Of a stretch of DNA of 64,000 nucleotides, positions 52,365-64,000 are shown piece by piece. The DNA lies in contig NC_069000.1 in NCBI RefSeq assembly GCF_001194135.2, positions 3,679,084 to 3,743,083 of the forward strand, read 5' to 3'. Numbering within the stretch: position 1 is the first letter of the stretch; the number at the start of each line of letters is the position of its first letter. This DNA is from Octopus bimaculoides. Lineage: Eukaryota. The notes under the pieces were generated by a model, which did no database searches, was not told the origin of the DNA, and saw only the letters and a list, made by a program, of their open reading frames with translations. A program made the position numbers and the translations under genes.

Positions 52365-54100
52365 ATAAACATAGATATACATATATATGTATATCTATAT
52401 ATATATATATGTATATGTATATATATATATACATACATATATATACATTTATATATATATGTATATCTATGTTTATTTATATGCATATAAACAGACACAC
52501 ATTCGTATATATATATACGTATACATATATCGCTATACACATGTGTGTATATCACATTTGAATTAGTGTCATACACCGGATCACAGCAGAATTAACGTAT
52601 AGAATATCCTACGCTAAATGCCGGATAAATATGCTTTTATTATAATAGGATAACTGAGATTTGAGTTGGTTTGCAAATCGCTGTTCCCTCACGCTGAAAA
52701 TAATGTCCTTTAAAAATCATAGAAAAAATATGTACATTATCATTACACAAAATTATGTCATAAAAAGCAGACTAATACAGACTTGAGGAAGTTGATGGAT
52801 ATCTGTGTGGAAACGCTTTCATCCATCTTCTGTAGTATATGCTCGCGGAAGAAACAGTTTGCTATAAGATTATCTGTTTAGTATTTATGTTTGTTACAGT
52901 TTGTTACTATTAGAGGATTTGCTTAGCTCTTCCTAATAAGTTCTGGCAGAATTGAAAACTCGTATTCTATTCTCCGATGTGTACGGTGCAAGAGAACAAT
53001 TTCCCCTTTTACGACGACAGCGTTTATAAAATCCACGTCTCATTGCTGCAAGGTTATCTGGGACAGAGTTTACCAAAATTTATCTCATCAGTCAGATGTA
53101 TTCGAATTCTTTTCTCTATAGGCTACTGTTTTTGTTTCCGTAGTTGTTCATTTTCTTCTTTTACTTTGAGAACGTTTAATATTTCGATTTTTTCTTTTGC
53201 ACAGACAGTTTAATCTTTTAACATTCACTTCATTAAATCAGTGATCCCTTATTTGTTGTTTATGTATCCTTACTTGATCCATCAGATCAATTCAGATTTG
53301 CGCAATATAATTCTCTTTGCTTCGTAGATAAGTAAACTGATACTTTTCCTTTTGTAGTACATATTTGCATCAAAGTTGAACAATTTCCTATTTCCGATTT
53401 CTGCCAGCGCGCCGCCTTAAATTCACAGTTTTAATATTACTGTATTCCAAAAATAGATGGCACATGGATAAAATACTTGGTCGGCGGGAGCGATTATCTG
53501 ATTAAATCAATGACAGTGTGTAAAGAGCGCAGAATGTTATTACTTTGAGAAGTATACAAACCAAAGTAGACAGCGTTTATGTTTGAACCCCAAAGTTAGA
53601 GAACTCTATCTAATTAACACCAAATACTTTTGTTCGTTCATCTAAAATATCTGCCAACAACAATATCGATCATTCTAAAAATATTTCAGATTAAATATTA
53701 AAAGTGGAATTACGTACATTTAATAGACTTAAAACTCTGTGGACTTTAAAGTCGACACAAATTTTCTAATATTAAATTAATCTGATTAATAAAATTTACA
53801 AGAGACATGCGATGTTTTTAAGTTTCCGTGATCGCAACGTTTAGGAAATGGTGTGGTGCAAACCGTTAGGCCCCGCGAGACGGACACTCTGTGCGTTTTA
53901 CTTCTTTTCGTAGTCACAAGGCCGAGACGGGCTGAGTTTTCAAATCTCACAAATATTAGTCACGATGGAAGTTATCCACATATATCCACATGTATATTTG
54001 TGTCTCTGTCTGCTCCATGTGGGTGCAAGCGTGTATACATATCTACGTATATTAGTAATAATATAGATATACTTTATACATACATACACGCATAGCTAAC

Positions 54101-54416
54101 ATGGCGCATAGCTAAGAGGTTAAAGAGTCAGGCTCAAATTCAAGATGTAGTGTGTCATGATCTTGAGCAAGACACTTTATTTCACGTGGTTCCATTTCAC
54201 TGAGCAGTAGAAATGAGTTGCGACGTCACTGGTGCCAAGCTGTGTCAATCCCTTTGGCTTTTCTTTCGATAACATTGGTGGAGTAGAGAGATGAGGAGGC
54301 TGGCATGCATAGACGATTGCTGGTTTTCCATAGAAAACCTTGCCGGGAATTGTTCGTCGGGGGGTAATTTTCTAGGCGCATTTCCATGCTCATTCAATAC
54401 CGAATGGGCTCTTCAC
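54101..54416 (+). mobile_element. SINE family A variant with alternative 3' body
   Basis: ggcgcatagctaagaggttaa, tcttgagcaagacactttatttcacg, gcagtagaaatgagttgcgacgtcactggtgcc and aattttctaggcgca. Confidence 0.85.
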
Positions 54417-54418
54417 AT

Positions 54419-54451
<33 letters not shown>

Positions 54452-54491
54452 CTATATATATATGTTTGTGTGTGTGTGTGTGTAGATAGAC

Positions 54492-54534
<43 letters not shown>

Positions 54535-55798
54535 NNNNNNNNNNNNNNNNNNNNNNNNNNNNNNNNNNNNNNNNNNNNNNNNNNNNNNNNNNNNNNNNNN
54601 NNNNNNNNNNNNNNNNNNNNNNNNNNNNNNNNNNNNNNNNNNNNNNNNATATATATATATATATACTAGCACATGCACATACACTTGCACGCACACAGCT
54701 GGATACACATATAGATTGGCAGATGAGGACAGTATGACAACCTGATATCGAACTCCAAACAAGCTGATTCTTAAACAGTAACACGGTGGAAGTCAAAGCG
54801 TGTTTATTGTATATACCTAACTATGTGTATTGATGCGTACATATCTGTCATCATGTGTTAGTGTATGTGTATGTTTGCCTCTGTATGAGTGTGTGTGCGT
54901 CTGTGTGCGTTTGTGTGTGTCGTGTGGACGTTTCATTCCCTCAATACAGAATGGACGCTTCTCGCCGTTTGAATAGCGAGTTCAGTGTCGGATTAATATC
55001 ATAATCCATTAAAACTTATATGTGTCATTGATGTGATTTCATTTAAGTTTCTGGTAAGGGATAATTGATTTCATTTCAAACAAAAGAGAAATTGGAATTA
55101 TGCCAAAACCATAATTAATCCTTCCATTCTATAAATTCAATTATACAACTTCTGTGTAAACAGTGGCCTAAGAAATGTGCAAGACTAAATGTAATTTCTG
55201 TAATGACTCTTACAAGAATTCATTTGGGAATTTAAATTTTATTTCCCCATCAATTGATATTCTTCCTCCAATATTCCATTACTGCTAAATGAGATGATGC
55301 TGCAATTAACATTCGCTAAAAAATCGGCCTTTGGGACACGGTGGTGACGTTCTTTACCTGGATGTCTTACATGGAAGAAGAAAATAATTCAAGGCAAAAT
55401 AGTGAGACCACTAAAGCTATCGACGTGTCAACAAAAACTTGACAGTTCCAGTCTAAAGATGGGGGGGCGTGGCCAAGTGGTTGGTTTACCGGATAACCTG
55501 CCGGTCAGAGCCGCATTTTAATAGAAATAATCTGCGCAAAATATAAAACACTTTAATATTTTTTAGTGAATTAGAACGAAATAGCTTCTGTGTTTACGCT
55601 CGACCAGGTGGCTCTAGGCGTCTGGAAGCATACCACTTTAATAGATATTAGGTATGAGCATCTCAATATACAAGGAAATCGTGGATATTTCATAGTTGCA
55701 GTCTTAGTAGGGTCCTGCATATCTGTTCTTTCTTTGACAAGCAAAGAGATAGTACGAAGACTGCCACATAGTCGCTGCTTTGTGAAGTGTTGCTGTGC

Positions 55799-55802
<4 letters not shown>

Positions 55803-55845
<43 letters not shown>

Positions 55846-55846
55846 C

Positions 55847-55897
<51 letters not shown>

Positions 55898-55955
55898 CAG
55901 ACAGACAAACAGACAGAGATAGATAGACAGACAGATAGATAGTTAGACAGATAGA
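55803..55955. repeat. (GATA)n/(GACA)n microsatellite
   Basis: Directly visible. Confidence 0.97.
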
Positions 55956-56062
55956 TGTACACGGAGTTGGTTGGTCACCTTGTTTGCAAAGTTTATCACG
56001 TGTGCTATTTAAGCCCTGGTTCAGCACTAAGACTGAAAACAACCAAGACTAATACTTTTATA

Positions 56063-56151
<89 letters not shown>

Positions 56152-56158
56152 CACTACA
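56063..56158. repeat. (TAC)n microsatellite
   Basis: Directly visible. Confidence 0.97.
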
Positions 56159-56389
56159 ACTATCTCTATTAATACTACTAAATAACTGTTGGGGAAAGAG
56201 CGCATGTAAACAAATTCCCTTCTCTCACTACCTCCAAACTTATTTCGTTTTAACCTTGGGATATTCTGAAACAGAACGACCGAGTCATAAACATTGCATT
56301 AAATGAATTATCTAAAGCCTAACAGAAAATGGATATAGATATGATGCGCGTGTGTGAGTGTGTGTGTGTGTGTGGATGGCATATATCTA

Positions 56390-56423
<34 letters not shown>

Positions 56424-57687
56424 NNNNNNNNNNAAATATAACTTCTAACACAAAGTGCTCATACACACAGAGAGACACACAGATACATGGGCGTAAGAAT
56501 ACACATTCACACATAGATATATGCATTTGTAGGAACGTTTATAAAAAGCATGATATAGAATGCATAAAATAAACAAACTTAAATTTAAATACACATTTAT
56601 GTGTTTGACAGAAACTTTCAGTTACAATTCCACCAAAAGAATACTAACAGGAAAAAATATTGTAAGTAGGAAGCCTTTTCACATAAAATCTACATCATCC
56701 CTATAGTTATTTTGTTATAAATTAGAAAGACCGCCATTTGGGTCGTTTCTATTTCTATAGAGTTTAAAATGTGAAGTGAATATTTTGTGGGAATTTCAGA
56801 AAATATTGCGAAAATGGTTTCTGCCGTCATAGGTTGAGAAAAATTCTTGAGGACACGACATGTGGAATAAGTTATTATACAAAGGACATCTTTAGTGTTC
56901 TCGGAATTTAAATATAACGGAAGAGAAATTATAAGGTCAAGTATTGTATAGAAACTATATTTAAATTATGGAAGAGACCATAGTTTTGCCATGAGATATA
57001 CAAAAACTTTAACCTTACAGTATAAACAATTGGTGTAAAATGTTATCGATTTCTCAGTAGTGTGTGTGCGTATGCATGTGTGTGTGTGTGTATGTGTGTC
57101 TGTGCATTTCTGTGAGTGTCTACAAAGAAACACACACATACAGACACAGCGTTCATATAAGCTCCTGGGTTTTTCTACGCTTTTCTTCCAATATATTTTT
57201 TTGTATGCATGTAGGATCATATCGATAGATAAATGCATGCATGTATGTATGTATGTGTAGGTCTATATGTATGTATGTGTGTGTATGTATGCATGTAAGC
57301 TGGTTACATAAGAACAGTTATATGTCTGTGTTTCTAACACTATACATCTATGCCAAATGCTGTCTCGAGGTGAATACCCCAGTTTAGAAGGCTTTCTGCA
57401 GAATATCTGTGTGTTAATCATGATATACATGAATACTCCATTAAATATCTTGCAAATTACTCGGAGGGAAGCTACTGGGCAAACTAGGACAGCTGATCAT
57501 GTATGCGTTTCCAAAGCCACCAGCAAGCATTGTACTAAGTATGAATCGTATATTGCACATACATTTTCTTTTCGTTATAACTATAAAGAATTCATCAACT
57601 ATAAAATGACGGTCCCTCTCTCCCTCACACCTTTCTCTTCCCCTTTGTCTGTCTGTCTGTTTGTCGCTCTCTCTTTCTCTATCTGTA

Positions 57688-57798
<111 letters not shown>

Positions 57799-58213
57799 TA
57801 TGTACGGGTGTATATCCGGGATATTTCGCTTTTACATCTTCCTAACATTCGCACATGGTTTTTCGAAATTCGCATTTGTAGACGCTGTACACGTTCTCAC
57901 ATATAACCCGTTCGCTGATATATAATATATTTCCCAATATCATGCATTTCATACGAATAAGATCTTGCCAATGGTTATTTTGTGTGTTGTAGTTTTGTTT
58001 CTGTTGTTTGTTTGCCAAGCTTTGTAGGTTGGAGAATGTTCTAATCGTAATCGATATACAGAATGAAAATTCTGACATATGTGAAATGCCTCTGACATCA
58101 TGTTTCTATAGATGCAAGAAAGAACGAATATATGTTTACGCGTGCAACTAAGAGCAAAGCTGTATAGACAAATATACATACACACAAACATATATACATA
58201 CATATATCAATAT

Positions 58214-58246
<33 letters not shown>

Positions 58247-58479
58247 TACACACACACACATACACACACACACACACATACACATATATATATATACATA
58301 TACATATATATAATGTATATATGCACACACAATTCTCTATCGATATTCATATACGAGTTATATATTTATATGTATGTATGGATATATACATACACGCACA
58401 TATATATATTATATATATTACATATTATATATACTCACGTATTAAGTCTTCTTTAATATTTATGCATGTACAAGTGACG

Positions 58480-58800
58480 TACGTAGTGGCATCAAAGAAT
58501 TCCACGACTATTTATGTTTAATAAAAAATAAATTATTTACCTGAGGTTTAACATCACGTCCTTCGAATTGGTCACCATGCACAACAATACGCCGTTCCCA
58601 GCGTTGGCGTCAGTGTTGGAATCTGGCCTGGAAGTCATTTTCCGTAAGACATTTACTCTTGATCTCCATAACGGAGTCAAAACGGTGACCTTTCATGGGT
58701 ATCTGCATCTCGGTGTTAAATCTGGCAAATAGGACAGGTGCAGAAGCGATACTATGTTGTTTCTGGCGAGAAATTCACGAGTGAGAACAGTTTGCTGATA
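58480..58800 (-). mobile_element. Mariner right end: decayed TIR plus C-terminal transposase remnant
   Basis: tacgtagtggcatcaaagaattccacgact terminus. Minus translation REFLARNNIVSLLHLSYLPDLTP...PMKGHRFDSVMEIKSKCLTENDFQARFQH*RQRWERRIVVHGDQFEG matches REFLAKN....L.HPPYSPDLAP...KG.RF...F..W..RW..CI...GDYFEG. Confidence 0.9.
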
Positions 58801-59911
58801 GGTGTCGGTGTTGACTTGGCGGACATGATGTTGGCAGCGGCGGTTGCGGCAGCGGTGGTGGTTTATTCTCGGAATAAAACAGACCTGACCACCTGAGCAC
58901 ACTTACCCCAAGCATAGTTATATTGTATTTTTGTATGTTGACGATTTCATAGTTTAATAGCGCTTCTCACTTTTCAAGCTGCAATATGTTGTATGAAGAG
59001 AAGTGTGCTTCTCTATTTCCGATTGTGCAACAGAGAATCGCAATTGATTACATCACAAGATTTGTAGGCGTGAGAGTGGTCTGTGTATCTAATCTTAAAT
59101 GTATTTACAGTTAAGCCTTTTTTTTTTCTTCTGGCAACTGGTTGGGGGCTGTGTAGGATTTCCTTCATGAGTATTTTGTGATTGGTGCTGATGGTAATGA
59201 TATTGGTTTAGGAGAGTTTTCGGAAGGAATGTTGTTGAATGATGTCGATGTCGGTAACGTCGACTGAATATTAAACAGAAGCTTACACGTAATGCAATCA
59301 CTTAAACTTTTTTGTTTGCAAAATCACAAGAAATCGTAATTCGTTTTGACAATATTTTATAAGATTGGAACAGGAATATAAATAAAGGAAAACTACAAAA
59401 ACTTAATAACTTGACGATTTCCTTATTCACTAGGCTATTTCTCTTTATTCTCCTTCTGATTTGATCCGCATGTTCTAAATTTTGTTGATGTTGTTGTTGC
59501 TGTTGCTGTTTCTAGTTTGTTTTATTCATTTTTGTTTTTTTGTTTTTGTCAGTTTAAACTATATTCAGTGGTATATATAGTAATATTGTTGATTTGTTCT
59601 TAATTTTCTTCTTATTTGTTCACGAATGCGAACAGTGGTGTAAATTTTCCTAGCAAGAACGAAATTAATTTTATTAATACTTCTATCGGATAAAATACAA
59701 CACAACACGAAAAACAAAGACGAAACAAATCGAAGGCAAAAACAGGGATAAAAAAAATACTCTGCTACAAGATATCAAAATAAATAAGATAGATTGTAAA
59801 GAGATCTATAACAAAAGAACATAATTGTTTGGGATTTATATAGATATGTGTGTATGTATGTGCGTATGTGTGTGTATGTGTGCTCGCATATGTGTGTATC
59901 TATATGTGTAC

Positions 59912-59959
<48 letters not shown>

Positions 59960-60645
59960 GCACACATATATATGTGTATATATATATATAAACATAAATA
60001 CATATGTATGTGTGAATATTCATGAGTGCATGTATGTATGAATTATGTATGCATATAAGTATGTCCGTATGAATGTATATATGTATTTATGTATGTATAC
60101 ATGTATGAAAATATATTTGTTGTTTCGTGGAAAAAAAATATCGGAGAAATCTCTTCAACGCTACTTTTCATTTTCAACAGGATTGTTGTCAAAATAAACC
60201 CGTCATAATCACGCAGAAAAACCAAACAAACAAACAAGAATGTGAAGAGAAGACAAAGAAGAGATATTGGTCCCATTGCTGTATAATTTATCGTTGTTAT
60301 TTTTATTGGGGTGGGGAGTTACTTGCTTGTTTTCTGTTTTGTTGTTTTTCATCTGTTGTATATGAAACGAAACAGCTCTTCATTTTGTATAGCAATATGG
60401 AAGACGAAACATGGAAGATATCTGCATAGATTTCTAAGCGCTTGCATTATTATTCGATAGTCCATATCATTGCATTTCCGAATTGGATGATGGAGAAGGA
60501 GAATAAAGGAAAATGTGGAGAAAAAATATAAATAATAAAGACATATATTAAATTAAGAAAACAAGGAAAATTTCATTTTCCTTTATTAACCAAAACAGAA
60601 GTTAAACTATAGCAACGATTTCAGGGAAAGACAGGTACAAATCTA

Positions 60646-60900
60646 AGGAGGGCAAAAGAAGAGGACGAAGGGGGAGATGAGGAGGAGAGGGAGAAGGAAT
60701 AGAAGAGGTTGAGGGAAGTGGACGAGGAGGAAGAGGAGGAGAAGGGTTGAAGGAGGAAAGTGAAAGAAGGTAATGGCGAAGAAGGAAAGAAGCGAAGAAA
60801 CAAAAGAGAAGACGAAGAAATAGGAGAAGAAGAAAAAGAAGAAAAGGTGAAGAAGTGGAAAAGGAGAAAGAGAAAAAGAAATAGAGGAAGCGAATGAAGA
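60646..60900. repeat. Purine-rich GAA/GAG/GGA low-complexity tract
   Basis: About 250 bp almost entirely A/G on the + strand. Confidence 0.9.
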
Positions 60901-61001
60901 AGATTTGTCATCAAGTATACAAAATGAAAAGAAAAATATGGAAGGTCATCGATCATACCTACCACTGAGACAAGAGAGGAATATAAGTCATATTGAAATA
61001 C

Positions 61002-61044
<43 letters not shown>

Positions 61045-61139
61045 TACACTCACGGACGCACGCACACGCATGCAAGCGCCCATATATATATATGCATGTA
61101 AGTATAATATATGCATGTATGTATATACATATGTGTATG

Positions 61140-61170
<31 letters not shown>

Positions 61171-63107
61171 ATAAATATATTCAATTCGATCTTAAATATA
61201 TATATATAGATACATATATGTATATATNNNNNNNNNNNNNNNNNNNNNNNNNNNNNNNNNNNNNNNNNNNNNNNNNNNNNNNNNNNNNNNNNNNNNNNNN
61301 NNNNNNNNNNNNNNNNNNNNNNNNNNNNNNNNNNNNNNNNNNNNNNNNNNNNNNNNNNNNNNNNNNNNNNNNNNNNNNNNNNNNNNNNNNNNNNNNNNNN
61401 NNNNNNNNNNNNNNNNNNNNNNNNNNNNNNNNNNNNNNNNNNNNNNNNNNNNNNNNNNNNNNNNNNNNNNNNNNNNNNNNNNNNNNNNNNNNNNNNNNNN
61501 NNNNNNNNNNNNNNNNNNNNNNNNNNNNNNNNNNNNNNNNNNNNNNNNNNNNNNNNNNNNNNNNNNNNNNNNNNNNNNNNNNNNNNNNNNNNNNNNNNNN
61601 NNNNNNNNNNNNNAAGAGTGAAAAAACTACAGAAGGCTTGTGTTACATGGTTAAAGTATATATTTAAATTATGTCAGAAAAATGTAAGAAAAATGTTAGA
61701 AAAATGTTAGAAAATCTTTTTGGTATATAAACATTGTATTTTGAGAAATAACCGATTTCGTGTTGTCTTTTCAAATTTCTCTACTTCATTGTGTCGTGTT
61801 CGTTCCATGAGCACTATATATTCTTTTATATGAATATAAACTATGATTTTATATATATACCTATTATTTTAAGGAAATTAATTGCACCCCAAATGCTACG
61901 TATCGGACCAGGATTTCCTTCGATCAAACCCTCCCTTCATGCGGTTAACAACTTCTAATCCAATTTCTATACGCGTTTACAGCGTACTTGTAGGCAGTTT
62001 CCTGCTATCGTATGTTATTAATTATGTATTCAACCACTCGATTCTATAATCGAAGAAATTTATTTCCTGAGTCATGTGGCTCTCTTGAACCAGGATTTCT
62101 TTTATATGCGAAGTGAATTTCTTCATCATTTGACCAATATTTAAGTATCTTCGTACATTTTAAACGCCCCTCCTCGGGTTTCATCGGTGTTTTATAAGGT
62201 TTTTCTATATCGTGTCTTTGATGTAATAATACCGAACATTAATGTAAATATAAAAAGCATCACCAACAAATATAGAAACCATTACATCAATCAATCTCAA
62301 ATTCCACGAAATACCTGTGACATTTCACTAAATTTACACCCAACTGTTTTACTTCTAGAGGCTTTTATTCCTATCGTAAGATTCTGGATGCTTCTTGTTT
62401 TAATAAAATATGGGATAGCTACAGCTGAAATGCATTAGTTCAAAGATGTATTCGATCTCGTATGACCTGGGGTTAAACATAACCAACATTATTCTATCAT
62501 TATATGAACATGTAGGTATCAAGATCTGAATGTTTATTAATATTGGCTTAGATTGCGTGAGAATTAGATCGTTCCAGATCATCTCCCGCAGCGATTATGG
62601 AAAACCTCCCTCTGTAACTCACCTCCGTCTCCATTGTTCATTGTTAGTTGTTACCAGAATAACAACTTTACACGACAACACAGGGAAATAACATATTGAA
62701 TTACATAATGGATATAAACGTGTTTACGGACCAACATGGGAGACTCTGCTTGGTCGCATAACGTGTTAATAATGATAGAAAACCCATAAACTAATGAAAA
62801 CCGTTGCCAGTACGGCTGGATTATCAAAAGGCTTATTGATTCTGTCACCCACTCATGTTCGCTGCAGTTAATGTACATCATACAATCACCCTTGCCGCGG
62901 AGTTTTTTTTTTCTTTCTTAAATAACAGCAAAGAGCTGGTCAAAATTCCTCTCCTTCAGATAATAAACTAACCGCTTTATATCGGTCCGGCCAAGTTGAA
63001 AGATGTGCCCAAAGTTTCAATGCTTCTATGATTGGTGAATCGATGCTCATGATTTTTTTTTTCAATTTACACAACGACGTCTAATGCTGTACGAGAAAAC
63101 ATATAGG

Positions 63108-63272
63108 CACAAGTATGGCTGTGTATTAACGAAATTTCAATCCTTACCGTATGCTCATGTGTACAGTCCCACTGAAAGTGTTCGAAAGTGTTCAAGTGTA
63201 CAACGCAGTGGGGCTGCTTCCGGAGCAATGTAGTTGAGAACCTAGCTTCTTAGCACACAGTCACAGCTTATT
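63108..63272. mobile_element. Two degenerate family C heads in inverted orientation
   Basis: + 63108-63178 aggcacaagtatggctgtgt...cagtcccactg; - 63200-63272 cagtgggg...cttcttagcacacagtcacag. Confidence 0.6.
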
Positions 63273-63320
63273 ACAAATCTTTCTCTCAAAAATATAAATG
63301 TTAATATATATCTAGAGTAA

Positions 63321-63534
63321 GGCGGCGGGCTGGCAGAAAAGTTAGCACACCGGGCGAAATGCTAACTGTATTTCGTCTGTCTTTACGTTCTGAGTTCAAA
63401 TTCTGCCGAGGTCGACTTTACCGTTCAGTCATTCGGGGTCGATAAATTAAGTACCAGTTATGTACTGAGGTCGAGCTAATCGACTGGCCCTCTACCCCCA
63501 AAATTTCGAGCCTTTTGCCTAGTGTAAAAAAGAT
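63321..63534 (+). mobile_element. SINE family B, best-preserved copy
   Basis: ggcggcgggctggcagaaaagttagcac (A-box-like), gagttcaaattc (B-box), gaggtcgacttt...ggggtcgataaattaagtaccagtt and gccttttgcctagtgtaaaaaaga. Confidence 0.92.
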
Positions 63535-63654
63535 GGCTGTCATGTTCGCCGAACACCTCCGAGACATCCGACTCGGCAATGACACACCTGTCTCGCGCGA
63601 TTTCCGCTCTACCGGTCACTCTTTGCAACACCTGTCTGTGTTCAGATTGTCCTT

Positions 63655-63750
63655 GCACAGTACTTATTCTATCGGTCTTTCACCGAACCGCTACGTGACA
63701 GGGACGTAAACACACCAGCATCGGTTGTCAAGTGATGGTGGAGGGAGAAT
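63655..63750 (-). mobile_element. SINE family C internal/3' fragment
   Basis: agtacttattctatcggtcttt, ccgaaccgcta and ggacgtaaacacaccagcatcggttgtcaag. Confidence 0.85.
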
Positions 63751-64000
63751 TCTCCCTATATCCTAGGATGGCATTGTGACGTTTTGTGAAGTTTAACGTT
63801 ACATATTTTTAAGACTGGAGCGTACGATGCAAATAGTATCTGGCTAATGTCTCTAATATGTGGAGCACTAATGCAGAGGTTGCTCTAACATCGTGGATGT
63901 TGCTTGTTTCGGGGTTCGGGGGACATTATTTAATGTTCAAGAGATTCTCGTTCCTTCTAAAATCGCAGGAAAGAAAATAAAACAAGTACATAAAGAGTTT

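Noticed and set aside
55461-55515. GGGCGTGGCCAAGTGG tRNA-like A-box with a small ACCGG/CCGGT hairpin
   Set aside because: No B-box or cloverleaf follows, so it is not a tRNA; at most a SINE-head scrap.
57357-57610. About 82-codon non-repetitive open frame (MLSRGEYPSLEG...)
   Set aside because: No motif, no splice signals, and a length within chance expectation.
60160-60429. Strong acceptor ttttcattttcaacAG at 60180 followed by an open frame
   Set aside because: The translation is low-complexity (K/N-rich then F/C-rich), with no convincing donor and no recognisable domain; cannot be supported as an exon.
62929-63033. TALYRSGQVERC resembling the retroviral integrase NGQVER motif, behind a polypyrimidine acceptor
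   Set aside because: No upstream D,D motifs or other LTR-element sequence; five-residue match only.

Overview
AT-rich, microsatellite-saturated eukaryotic DNA from a gapped short-read draft. By hand count it has 24 N-runs totalling about 6.8 kb, mostly bounded by (TA)n or other simple repeats. The repeat families and microsatellite spectrum suggest an octopus/cephalopod genome (inference, not verified). I found no intact, recognisable host protein-coding gene, true tRNA/rRNA gene or CRISPR array, so the window reads as intergenic or large-intron DNA. Supported content: about 30 copies or fragments of three tRNA-headed SINE families (my labels A, B, C), seven decayed Tc1/mariner transposase remnants with different termini, many di-, tri- and tetranucleotide arrays, and two local direct duplications. 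Best leads: two copies of a short repeat carrying a minimal hammerhead-ribozyme-like motif with the same non-canonical core base, a 74-bp-arm mariner-derived fold-back hairpin, a closely spaced inverted SINE pair, and a weakly supported decayed 7TM-like frame at about 4.5-5.7 kb. None of these is demonstrably a new biological system from sequence alone.
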